This document shows, one piece after another, positions 51,656 through 64,000 of a stretch of 64,000 nucleotides of DNA. A program made the position numbers and the translations under genes. Each line of letters begins with the position of its first letter. Position 1 is the first letter of the stretch. Source of the stretch: Lama guanicoe. Taxonomy: Eukaryota. Location of the stretch: contig MU054212.1 in NCBI GenBank assembly GCA_013239625.1, positions 3,746,744 to 3,810,743 of the forward strand, in the 5' to 3' direction. The notes below the pieces were generated by a model. The model was not told the origin of the DNA, did no database searches, and worked only from the letters and a program-made list of their open reading frames with translations.

Positions 51656-54394
51656 TATACCCTTTTCACTTAGGAAAAGAAATGATGACTTTGTGAATAT
51701 ACCATTTGTAAAGAGTGCTTAGGCTCACGGTTAGCTCTTAAGCTTTGTAGGCTATTTTGTAGGTTATGCACACAATTTCCGCAAGTCCAGCAAGTAACCT
51801 TATAAAAAAATTTAGTTCATTCACGATACACTCGCAAAATAATAATTGATCCCTAAGAAAGATTTTCAAGTAATTCCATATATTAGATAGCAGAAAAGCT
51901 TCTGTGAAATAAGCAAATTATTTTTGCTTTGAAATGATGTACCTGTTGATAAAAATGTATATTTATAATTTTATTTTAAAATAATTGTTTGATGACAATA
52001 TGCATGATTGAAGCAAAACATAGGGATGCTGTAAACTTTCCAAATATTATATATTTTCACTTATGAAAAAATTCCCTTTAAAAAGTATCTTGGAATCCCT
52101 TATTTCATTTCATAACATAAAGGGACAAAAGGAGAAAATGTTTCTGAGAGGTCACAGTGGAATCTTCGTCTAAGATCATCCACCATCAGCATGGAGACAA
52201 TTACATCTAAGTGTTTGGATGTTTTTATTTGCCTCTAGGTTTCTAAACACAATAATGCCATTTGCTTTTACCTAATTTTCATTGAACTGAAATGATATTC
52301 ACGTTAAAGTAAAACTCACCCTAGAGGCAATGCAATAGTTCTCAGAAATGTGAAATTATTCCTTTTCTTTGTGCTTAGACGCCTTTAACGAGCTTCAATG
52401 TGCAGTTTACTCATCTTTTTAATAGTAGAGACTTTGGGGAATGAATGAAAACAGTTGTGAACCTAGTGAAAGAAAAATTGGGCAGAAGGTACTGAACAAT
52501 CATGATTTATTTATTCAATTAGACACACAATTCCGTTTACCAAAAATTCTCTAGACAAATGAGGGGAGGTAGGATGGTTATCCAGCAAATTTTCTATGAA
52601 TTTCTTCCACCTCTGCATGGCATTCAGCAGAGATTTGTCACAAAAGCACATGTATTGCTCCACATCTTTAAGTCTTCTAAGAACAGTGTCACAATGCAAT
52701 GCAAAAGCTGGCTTCAAAGTTAGATGTGTTAGATTTATATCTTTATCAGAATCTTTGGGTATTTCCATTATAAGAAATAGTATTCTTTGTTAGGGAAAAA
52801 AAGAAAGGATCCAGTTTATCTTTTCTGAGGGTAATGGGAAGTACTACCAGTCCCTTAGACACAAACTTTCTATAATCATAACTATTTAAATCAGCCTCAC
52901 TGAATACAGCAATGCCAACATGTTATCTGGTAAAGAAGGTTAAAATTATGCATCCTACTTATTGAATTATTAATGGTGTTTAATTTCTGCAATATTCACT
53001 TTTGATTTAAGGGTCATAATCAGACATGCATCTTGCTGATTCACAAGAACAAAAATGGAAGAATTAGAACAACACTCTTCAATATCTACATCCAACCATC
53101 GCCCCACTCTCAGGACCTATTTCAAACCAAGTATGTTATTCAGAAAATCTTTGGGGAATAAAGAAGGTAGCCCTGTGCTGTAAATGCAGAGTGGTAAAGA
53201 AGAAATGATGTTTTGAGGGCACCAAAGTAGTGGAACAAAATTCTTTCAAGTGCCAACAATCTCATTTAAATATATACTTGCCACCCCAGCGTTCACCAGA
53301 CAGGGTAATCAGAATTTCATACTGGGTTTCAATTTATACACTTGAAATGACTATTCGAGTGTTTTGTCAAGGTGGTCCTTGCTCATCCGGTCCACACTGA
53401 CATTTCCAATCACTTCCTCTTGTTTCAGTTTGCAACCCAGGAATACTAAACTAGGTGTAATTTCTAAAGAGGGGCCATGTTCTTTCACGCCTCCATTCAT
53501 GCTTATTTTGTTGTTCATTTGTTTATCTGTCTGTTTCCTGGTTAGACTCTGAGAGCCTTGCACAGAGGTGTAATGCACCGTCCCAGGCCCAGCACCTGAC
53601 TCAGAGCCAGGCACGTAACTGCCATCTATAAAGATTTATGAAATTAAACTGAGTTAATGGGTTTACTCTCCATGAGATCTTGCAAGCGAAAACCATTGCT
53701 TCTGCTCAGTGCTCTCACAATATTTTATTCTTTCTGTCATTTTATTCTTTCTTCTCTTTATCATGTACACTGTAGAGGAAAAGATTGATGTCTTTTTTCT
53801 TTTTCTCTTTCACCTTGCACTGTGCTCATCACATACTAGTATCAAATATATTAATTGAATTAATAATCAGTGGACTAAGGCTGATCAAATACCTTAGCCA
53901 GGAGTTATCAATGGATGGCATTTTAATTATGTTTCTTCATTGTCATTTTTTAGTGCTCCCAAAACTTCAGACATTATATTTGATGCCATGAAATGTAAAA
54001 TCTTATGTTCAGGATCGTTCAGATCTACTCTAGTGAGAAAAGCAGCAAAAGTTAGAATAGTCAAGTATTTAGAGGCTCAAACAATAAAGTAAAAGTATAT
54101 AATGAGTCACAAAAAAAAAAGCATCTCAAACAAGTGATTTTCTCAGAAATGCACTCATCAGGCTTGTACTCTGTAGAACTTGTTGCCATGACGACAATTT
54201 CAGGCATGAATGTTAGCAAGTAAATCCCATCCCCAGATTCCTCCTGCCCGTCCAGCACCCTCATCTCATTGAGGGTATAAATTATACCATAAATAAATAA
54301 ATACATGTACTTTACATTAGAAGTCAATATATTTAATTTTCAAGAGCTTCATGATGTAAAGTTAGAAGCCAAAATATCCAAATACAAAAAACCT

Positions 54395-54429
54395 TAATCT
54401 AATCTAATCTAATCTAATCTAATCTAATC
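54395..54429 (+). repeat. (TAATC)7 pentanucleotide microsatellite
   Basis: Direct reading. Confidence 0.95.
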
Positions 54430-55999
54430 CTTAGTTTACTACAGAGCCAGAGTTTTCCTTGGTCTGAATAAAGAAAAGGGGATGTTGGAGCCAAGGATAA
54501 GGGAGCATGGACTGGATGATGGGGTGGGGGTGGTCATGGAAGAGAACAAGGCAAATTGGGAGACATAAAGTCAAATAATTCACTGTTATTCTTCGTTACA
54601 GAAAATGGCTTTTGCTTTAAAGAAGTTGCTGCACATTTTCTCCCTGTAGCTAACCCTGTTTTCCAGTAGCTCCCTCACTGCAAAATTTATAAGCATCTAA
54701 ACATAAACAATGAACATAAACATTAGAATGTTACCTCTTATTTTCTACAATTAAAAACAAACAAACAAACATAAGAGATATAATTAGCTAGCTTTCAGTG
54801 GTAAGCTCTTTGAAAGGTGGTTTTTAATTTACCACTTAATTGACACAAACTGTTTGAAACTTTGCTGATTAGTAAGCACTCCAGGTTATCACCCTCCAAA
54901 TTCTAACCTTGGCACTCTACTTGGGTGATGGTCAAATCTAGGAATGGCAAAGAATATCTAAGCCTTCCTTTTTGAAACAGACTTAATAATGGTAAGCCAA
55001 GGGTCTACCTTATTTTTGTTGTTATTTGTTTGTTTGTTTGATTGATTTTTAACTTGTGGATGTGGCTTTATCTAGTATGTGACAGTATAACAGGTACTTG
55101 GGTACAAAGCACATCTTTCCTCTGAGTAGCTCACAAACCATCCAATACTAAAACCCAAGTTGTGATTCAGTGATAAAAACATATTTTGAAAGTCTGTCTC
55201 CTCTCCTATTTGGGGAAATTTCAGGCTAAACTACTGGGGTTTTGATTATACAGTGCTTTTCAACAAATTGCTTGTAGTCTCTGCATTGAAGACATCATGA
55301 TTAAACTAAGGAGGAAGCATTCACAATTCATCTGTTTTTCAGTGTGAAGGGAAAGATTTTTGGTCATATCTATATGATGCTTTGAGTAATTCAGTAGACA
55401 AGAATTTTTTTTCTGTTACAATTCCATTAATCATTCATTACCGTTCTCATTAGAATGTCCGCCTAAGTTGGACTTTCAAAATAAACCATCTGGGCTGAAA
55501 TCAAACCATATGTATCTAGTGGTTTATTCTGAAGCAAATTCTGCTGGTATATTCTTGAAGCAGAGCAAATTCAGCTGACCACAGCAGCATAAACTTTAAA
55601 ACATACTGAATTTCACTGATGCCTTTCTCTCTCCAATTCACTTTTGAGCCCAAACTAAGCAAGATAAATTATATACCCAAAGGTGTTTTTCTGAGAAAAT
55701 TATTAGGGAATGAAAAACAGAGGTTAGCTTGCCGTGGCCTCAGCTTCACCACGGCTGTCCCTTAAATTAGATTTCCACCGAGATCTGCTACTGCTGTTCA
55801 GGCCTTGGCCTTGGTACACGATGTGTTCTGGGGACGGCAGAACAAGCAATTAGATCAGCTCAGGTGGGTATGTGATTCTGTTCTAAATTTGTTAAGCTTG
55901 GACTACAGACAATATGAAATAGTAACTCATACGTTGATTCTAAATTTGATTTCATTAATGTACTCTATTTCATTTTGATCTTGAGGCCTTATTGCATCT

Positions 56000-56240
56000 A
56001 GGGAGTGGTTCCTGAGGGATCGGAAACTGGGTCAAGCAAGAATCACCAGGGAGATTTTTTGTTTTTGTTTTTAGGGTTTTTTTTTTTTTCCCTCACCTGG
56101 GGAGTTTTTAAAAGCATATAAATACTCAGACTCCTGGTTCAACCCTCCATTCCAGCTCTCTTAACTTTCTCCATCCCAGGTGTGTGTAAGTTGGAAAAAA
56201 AATTGATCTGATATTTTTGATACCCAGCACCTTCCAATAT
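56000..56240. mobile_element. MER5B-like fossil
   Basis: 'agtggttcctga...aagaatcaccagggag...ttttaaaagcatataaatactcagactcc'. Confidence 0.45.
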
Positions 56241-58149
56241 CACAAATTACAGAGATTGCTAAACTGGGGTTTACGCTGCCAAACTTGGAGCTGAAATAAC
56301 ATGGAGTTTCCTCACTCGGCAAAAATAACAAAAAAAGGGAAATCTTTTTGCCTCCAACTATAGAAGAGAAAATCGAAGGGACATGGGGCATGAAGAATCA
56401 GGATTGCTTGTGTCCCAGCAATTGTCCATGGCAAATCCACACCCCTAAAGTTAGCCTAGAAAGAGTGGTGTCTTTAAGGGTGGCAGGTGTCACTGTCTTC
56501 CCATACATATCAGTCTCGGCTGTTCTCTGAATCTACATCCAAAAAAAACTAGCACAATCAACATCGTTATCCGCAAACTATTTCTTTACAGTATTATATT
56601 ATTGGGTTCTTTTCTCCTAGAAAATGAGAAAAATGTGAGCAACTGTGAGAATATGCCAGTGTCTCTGAGAGACAATTTACTAAAATAGAAAAGGGCCTAG
56701 AAAATGACTAGTCCTGAAGTGCTCGCCTGAAACTCAGAGGCAATCACTGAGTTACCAGAATGTGGCATTTGATTTTATTTAACTTTATGAATTCATGACG
56801 ATGGCTCTTTCACTGATGTTTTTGTTATACCCTTATCTTTTGGACCCCATTTCGTGATTTTTAAAATTTTTCGACCATGAAATTAATTTCCTTTTACCAT
56901 CTTCCTGGATATGAAAAGAAAGGAATCATTTATCTATATCCTTGAAGGCTGAACATCCTGCCATATTTATTTCTGGAGCCTATCCATCTAGCATAGTCTA
57001 TGGATATTTTTGACCCAAAAGAACTGCTACATTGACGTCTGCATACATATATACATCAACAGCCCTATTGGGGGCTGAAGTTAGACACCTGAGTATAACA
57101 AAGCAGGAGAAAACCGAGCATCATACTCTTTTAAAATTAAAGACGTGCTGTCCCTCATTCACTCAATGAAGAACTTTCATGGGTCCTCCACAATGTGCCA
57201 GACTATTAGACACTGGGGCTCCACAGAGAATCTCACAGTTTAATGACAACTAAAGTAAAGAGAGAAAAGATTAACTAATTTAGTGGGTATTTTTCAATCC
57301 TCCTCTCTTTATTTCTCTCACACATCCTTTAATAGGACATTTATTCTTTGGTTTTATGAAACAAATATGCTTTTGCAGTTTGTTTAGGAGAACAAGGGAT
57401 TAATTTTCTCCTTGGCCTCTGTTAAATGCAGGCAGATGTCAGGACTATTGGCCGCTCCCTGTTAACAGGAGTCTGATATGAATTTAGCCAGCAAGCTTTT
57501 CCTAATTATTACTGCATCTCACACAGACCTGAGTCATAGAGTGGGTAGGTAAGTATTGTGACTTCTCTGCTGCCAAATAAAACTTTAAGGCTTGGTCATG
57601 ACAAGACAGATTGCTAACCTTAACAATGAGAAATATGCGATTTGAAATCCTTCGTTAGAAAAAAAAGAATAGTCGTGCTTTGAAAGGAACAGCCTCGTTA
57701 ACAACTTTATACTAAAAACAAAAGCTGGAATCCACTATTAAAGAGAAACAAGAGAGGGATATAACCTTAAAAATATAACCCACTAATTATTTTCCCAGAA
57801 AGCACTAACTGAATGTAGTAAGGTCTGTAACTCAGATTTATTCTCCTAGCACATGGCACATATGTGCGACGTCATACCAGGAATACTAAATAATATTTGA
57901 TTGCCTGGAATGTCTTCGATTGATTAAAGAACATAAACTTCTCGCAGTTGCTTTTCGTGGAGTTCAAGGAGGATCTAAAAGATTCTCAGGAGCAGCAAGC
58001 ATGCAGGCAATCTACTAATGTTCAGTATGTCCTCTAATGATTTTGTCAATATTTTCCCATTATTTATTATGCCCCTATCTGACGATAATTTCAAAAACAG
58101 GTTATAAAAGCAGTTCCAGTTTGCCATATTGAGGTACAGAAAATGGAAG

Positions 58150-58330
58150 GGCAGACTATAATTTACATGCCTGGCACCATGCTTGACATTTACATATATT
58201 TTATAATTTAATATTCACAACAATCAAGAAAGTTAGGAATGATTATACCCACTTTCAACGTGAAGAAACTCAGTCCCAAAAAAGACTGTATAACTTGCCC
58301 CAAGAAACATAGTTAGAAATTGCTCTTTGA
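58150..58330 (-). mobile_element. MIR SINE
   Basis: 'tgcctggcaccatgc...atttaatattcacaacaatc...attatacccactttcaacgtgaagaaactcag...taacttgcccc'. Confidence 0.75.
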
Positions 58331-59443
58331 AAACCCTGTGAAAGCAAATCTGTGGAATACATCATGAATCGATTTGTTTTACAAAAGTGCAATAGCCGTG
58401 TACTTCCTGGAGAAAGCCCAATATTTTAATATCACGTTTGTAGGTTTCTAGGATCTTAGATATCTTAGGTTTTAAGGTCTGCACCACTGGTGGCTCTAAA
58501 AAGGGAGATAAAACTGAATGACACAAAATTGCACACAGCCTGGGGACACAGCTTATTGACTCACACATCAACACAGCTGAACCCCTTGAGGCAGTTTCCA
58601 TCTCCTCCTTTTTTCTTTCCAGGAACTTCTCTCTTGATCGGTGTCATTCCCTGATTGAACCCAGGACTCTGCCCATCCCATTTTGTCTTCCTGCTATGTT
58701 AAAACAAGGAGGAAAAAAACCCCTTATATCCACGTCTCTCTAATGATTGTGGCAGTGAAGCTGAGTCTATTCCGAGCAGACAATTAGAAGCAGGGCAAGT
58801 GGGCCTACTGATTGGCCATTTGGATAATGACTCACTGCCCCCAAGGAGGAATTTACCAAACCAGTTTCTCAGGAATCATTTGCCCTTTGCCCCTTTTGTC
58901 TGGAGGGGGTAAATCAATTTCAATGAAATAATTTCAGTTCATCCTTCCTGCACGACTTATTTTGTTGCATGGATGCGAATCTTACCAGGTCAACCCCCAA
59001 ATGGATTTCCTCATTCCTAAACCAGGATTCCGTCCTCTCCCACTGCCTTTTTCTTTTTTTCCTTCTTTTACTAATAGAATTGTTCTAGCTAATTACTGGA
59101 TTAGAAAACCTAAGACTGTATGAAAACATCCCTCATGGCCACGAAGGTTACAGTGAGGAAGAAGCGGGGTGCATGTGTGTGCTGATTACCATTGAAGGAC
59201 AAAAGTCTTTTTGAAAATTGGGCTCCTCTCCAGCAACAAGCCCTTATAATGAATCTCCACCCACAGAGATTAAAAGGCTTCAGGGCTGTACAAATAACAA
59301 TAAACAGATCAGAAACTGTTAAAAGCAGAAGACAGATAAACCCAATGAGAAACCTTTAGAGGGAAGCAGATAAGCGATGCATCAGAGGGAGAATGTCAGC
59401 GAAGCTATTTCGCTCCGAATGCTGTTTTTTTTTTTCTCTCTCT

Positions 59444-60343
59444 TCAAGAAAAGAGAAAGCAGTGATTAGAAACAGAAAATTTGTGTGCATTTTAAACAGA
59501 AAGAATGAGCCCTGTTGAAGACATATCTGCCGGCCAGACTCTTGTCCCTGGGAATTTGGGGCTTATTTCGCATCTAACCCTGTGCCATTACCGCCTGCCC
59601 TTATCTTTTTTTAAAAGTTGGGACTGGAAAATAGACGGCAGTCAGGTAGAAAAGTAAATGTTAAACGGAGGAACAAATTTAAAATGAGAGAAAATGCGTG
59701 GTTGGAACACTCAGATTCAAAGTTGGGCCTTTGAATAACAACAGATAAAATGGTGATTTATTTAATATTGCCTCACTCAGGTCAGAGAGGTGGCCACGTG
59801 CAAAAAGAACACACTGCCAAGCATTTCCGCTCAGTAAGCCACCCATGTCGGGCAGCACCAGAGCTCGGCCTCTCTTTAACTCACCTCCTCAGATCAAGAA
59901 AAGAGAAAGCAGTGATTAGAAACAGAAAATTTGTGTGCATTTTAAACAGAAAGAATGAGCCCTGTTGAAGACATATCTGCCGGCCAGACTCTTGTCCCTG
60001 GGAATTTGGGGCTTATTTCGCATCTAACCCTGTGCCATTACCGCCTGCCCTTATCTTTTTTTAAAAGTTGGGACTGGAAAATAGACGGCAGTCAGGTAGA
60101 AAAGTAAATGTTAAACGGAGGAACAAATTTAAAATGAGAGAAAATGCGTGGTTGGAACACTCAGATTCAAAGTTGGGCCTTTGAATAACAACAGATAAAA
60201 TGGTGATTTATTTAATATTGCCTCACTCAGGTCAGAGAGGTGGCCACGTGCAAAAAGAACACACTGCCAAGCATTTCCGCTCAGTAAGCCACCCATGTCG
60301 GGCAGCACCAGAGCTCGGCCTCTCTTTAACTCACCTCCTCAGA
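59444..60343. repeat. Perfect tandem duplication, 2 x 450 bp (59444-59893 and 59894-60343)
   Basis: Copies appear identical by eye; blunt junction 'cctcaga|tcaagaa'. Confidence 0.97.
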
Positions 60344-60709
60344 GTCTCGATTGTTTAAGAAAAATATGAAATAATTCCCTGATGTCGATACATGTTGTTT
60401 CTCCCCCTCAACATCAACACTTGCTTTTAATACAGCTTGAGTGCCTGACTCCTTTCTTTAACCCCATTATTGAGGTCTAACTGACATATCACAACTGTTG
60501 ATGAAAAATTAATCAGTCAATCCAAGAAAGAAATGGAAAATTTAAGAAAAGAAAAGCCAAACTTGAGGATTAAAACCATAACCAGGGATACACAATCCAG
60601 ATCTAAGTGCCATGTGACCCCTTCTAAGATCAAGAAGGAATAGTATCTTAAAGGAGGTGTCTTATTGCCATTGAGGTCATTAGGCTCCACGAAATAACCC
60701 AACCACAAA

Positions 60710-62670
60710 ATGACAAATGCTTTATAATGTCACTTATATGAGACACATAGAGTAGTCAGAATCACAGAAAGTATAATGGTGGTTGCCAGGTACTGGAAAA
60801 GTGGGGCATGAGGAGTTATTATTTAATCAGAGTGGAGTTTCAGTTTTACAAAATACATGGATGGTGGGGATCGGTGCACAACATTATGAATATATTTAAC
60901 ACCTTGAACTATATACTTAAAAAATAGTTAAGATGGTAAATTTTATGTTGTGTATATTTTACTGCAATAAAAATAAGAAAAAAGAAAGGAATAACTAGAA
61001 AACTCTATGTGACTTATGTGATTAAAAATTAACAAGCATTCTTTTTATAACTGCTGGAAATATGAACTGAAATAGCTTCTTTGGAAAGTTGGCGTTATCT
61101 AGCTAGGTTGAAAATGTTTATATCCAATGGTCCCACAATTCCAGTTATAAGTATATCTTAGAGGAAACCTTGCATTTGTGTGATAAAAAGCATACTCTAG
61201 ACTGTTCGAAACAGTAGATATTGTGCTAATAAAAAAATAAAAAGAATCCAAATGCCCATCAACAGTAGAATGGATAAATTGTGCTGTATCTTAGAATGGA
61301 ATACTACACAAAAGTGATAAATAACTGAATTTTATCTATACCAAAAATCCCCCAAAATTAATCATTAAAATTGATATGATACTAAAACTCATGTGGAAAA
61401 ACACTAAGAGAAAAACTGTAGGGAAAACCATCTCTACTAGACATTGAAACATAGAAAGATTCTATAATTATGGACTCAGCACATTTCCACTATGCTGCTC
61501 TGCTCTCTGCTAAAGAGTCTATAATTACACCATCATGGTACTGGTGCGTGACTAGACAGACCAGTAGAATAAAATATATAGCCCCAAAATAGATTAAAAT
61601 ACATACACAAATTCAGTATGTGATAAACGTGGCATTTCAAATCACTGGGACAAGATTGACTTTATAATAAATGGTGCCAAGATAACTGTTTAGCAACTTG
61701 GAAAAAGATACAAGTAGATCTGTATCTCACCCTGTGCACAAAAATAAACTCCAAACGGTTTAGGTATTTACATGTAAAAAAAATCAAACCATACAACTAC
61801 AAGAATAAAACATGGGTAAATGAATCTTTAACTTCAGAGTAAATGAAGGCTTTCTAACTATGCCTCAAAATACAGAGGGAATAAAAAAAAAGATTAAGTT
61901 TGACCACATAAAAAATGGAAATTTCAAGGGGCCCAAATATCAAAAATTAATTCAAAAGACAACTGAACAACTAGGAGAAAATATTTGCATAAGGACAAAG
62001 GACTAAATTCTTAATTTAGAAAGAACTCAAAAATTGAGGGACAAAGGAATAAATCCTCACAGAAAATTCTGCAAAAGACAAAAAATAAACAATTCAAACA
62101 AAAAAGGAAATGAAATAGTCTTGAAACATAGGGGAAAATATCATAGTGAGATATACAAGTTGAAGTGCAATGTAAGATCCTGGTTTGGGACTTGGAACAG
62201 AAAAGAGCTTCGCTGGAAAAAATGATGAGATTTGAAAAGGTCTGCAGGTAAGAGCACTTTTCCCATGTCAGTTTCCTGGTTTTGATAATTGAACTACGCA
62301 AGATGGGAACCTTAGTGGAAGCTGCCTGAAGAATATATTACATAGAAAGTCTTTGTGGTACTTTTGTAACATTTTGGTGAATAATTTCTAAACTGAAAAA
62401 ATTTAAAAACTATGTATTTAAGGTCACACCATTTTGGGGAACACTAGTAAAAATCATGAGGGAATAATAAGTCTAAAATACAGGCTAGTGGTAACATCGG
62501 AGGGTGACAGGATGGGAAATGGATTGGGAAGGGACCCTCAGGGGACATCAATGATAATTTTAATATTATCGTTCTTTGAGTGGGTATGAATACATGAGTG
62601 TTCATTGTAGCATATTGTACCTTTTTATATTTGATTTTTTTAATTAATGGAAAGTATTTAATAAATGCAA
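60710..62670 (+). mobile_element. Cluster of old L1M (L1MB/MC/MD-like) fragments
   Basis: 'ggtggttgccagg', 'aatgcccatcaacagtagaatggataaattgtg', 'ataaatggtgccaagataactg', 'atcctggtttgggacttggaacagaaaa'. Confidence 0.8.
61468..61511 (-). pseudogene. Tailless retroposed 5' half of initiator tRNA-Met
   Basis: Minus strand 61504-61468 aligns without gaps to the first 37 nt of vertebrate tRNA-iMet as I recall it (28/37, all mismatches transitions); 16-bp TSD at 61455-61470 and 61512-61527. Confidence 0.6.
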
Positions 62671-64000
62671 ATATGTGAGATTTTGGTAGAAATATAAAGA
62701 ATTTACATTGGAAACAGGCTTTTTGCTGCAATTTGGTTGCACGGCATTAAATCAAAACACTCCTAAAAAGGCCTTTTGATGTTACAATTTAAAGCGTTAA
62801 TTTTGCTTACTCCTCCATCTGTAGGTCCCTAAAGTGAGCTGGCTTGCATTGGAATATAGTAAAATCCTGGCAGTAACGCAGTTCACTTCTGTGCACGGTA
62901 TCAATGGAGAAAGGGGAACAGTTGGAACATTTGCCTTTGGATACAATTTTAAGAAGAGCAAATGGAAGAGACTACTTATTGGCACAAACGGAGAAAAATC
63001 CCCCTGCAGTGAGTCTCCAGATACCCAATTAAGACAAAATTAAATCATGCAAATATTGATCCAGCTAAATTTGCCAGGGGTAAGTCACATTATCAGTCAG
63101 CTTTCTTTATATCAAATAACAAGGAACTGCGGAAAAGCCAAAAAATGTTTTTTATATATTCTTTTAAATCAAGGGGAAAATAATAATAGTGAAGAACACA
63201 CCTCATTTCACTTTTATTTCTCGCGTTGGTTATCGACTTGTAGTTTTGCTTATTATGACCAATTACATGTAAAATGTCACTATTTGCCAGGTGTTTAGCA
63301 CTATCGTAGGTAATGCTTTACTCTCAAGGAGCTGGCAATTTTGTTTGAATAAGATACACACAATTTAGGTAATTTGAACCGAGCTCGGTGCATAAAATAG
63401 ACAGCAAAATATCCATGAGAACCCCATCAGTACGGGGGCTCTGTGAGTCCTAGAAAATCCCCATTAGCAATTGCACTGATCAAAGTAGTTGGCTATACTT
63501 TCATCACTGACTGAAATCACTCTTTGGAGAACTTCATCCAATTGTTGTAGGAAAACACGTATTTAATTCCACAAGTGTGCTCGAATGAACGCCGAGTCTG
63601 AATTTCTTTAGTGAGTTTTTTTTTCTTTAAGGCTAAAGTCTCCAAAAGCAAAACTTTGCATTAAAATTTTTCGCAATAAAGCAAACTCAAAATAAAAATT
63701 CCTCCATAAGAAAGGTGCAATTCGTCATGAATTTGCTTAATATCGTCTACATTGTTGAAGTCATTATTCCAAGTGGTTAGCCATAATCGGACAGGTATGT
63801 CTGGTGAGGAAAGTGGCCGATCTATTTCAAGTCTACCAAATTTTACATGTCTGTGTAAGTACAGACCACATCAAAGCAGTCACTTTTTGGAGGTCACATT
63901 TACCGCTGATGCTGACTCTTGACCAAAACACTTTGCAATTCCTCTTTCGGAATTGCTCTCAGGGCTTTCAACAAATTCAGGACAATCCTCAATTAAGAGA

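Noticed and set aside
1..64000. CRISPR array, operon or novel multi-gene system
   Set aside because: Mammalian repeat-rich non-coding DNA; no repeat-spacer array, long ORFs or gene clusters are seen

Overview
Mammalian genomic DNA, AT-rich and dense in interspersed repeats. It is most likely camelid, judged from two tRNA-derived SINEs that look like the Vic/camelid type and from cetartiodactyl-style L1 3' ends; this is recognition by eye, not a database match. I cannot support any protein-coding exon, and the ORF track appears to be chance ORFs in repeats and unique DNA. The main functional signal is a minus-strand CpG-island promoter at ~18.2-18.6 kb with CCAAT, a BANP-like site, a palindromic TATA, NRF1 and an Inr. 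It is followed by a ~90-nt non-coding first exon with a consensus GAG|GTGAGT donor, so an unidentified gene or lncRNA runs leftward. Notable structures: (i) four head-to-tail tandem duplications (~0.22, 0.44, 2.14 and 0.45 kb units); (ii) a TSD-flanked, A-tailed retrocopy of an LTR-initiated transcript at 36961-37546; (iii) a TSD-flanked tailless copy of the 5' half of tRNA-iMet at ~61468-61511; (iv) several extremely short TSD-flanked L1 tips. Repeat family names are from memory and need RepeatMasker/Dfam confirmation. I found no evidence for a new multi-gene system.
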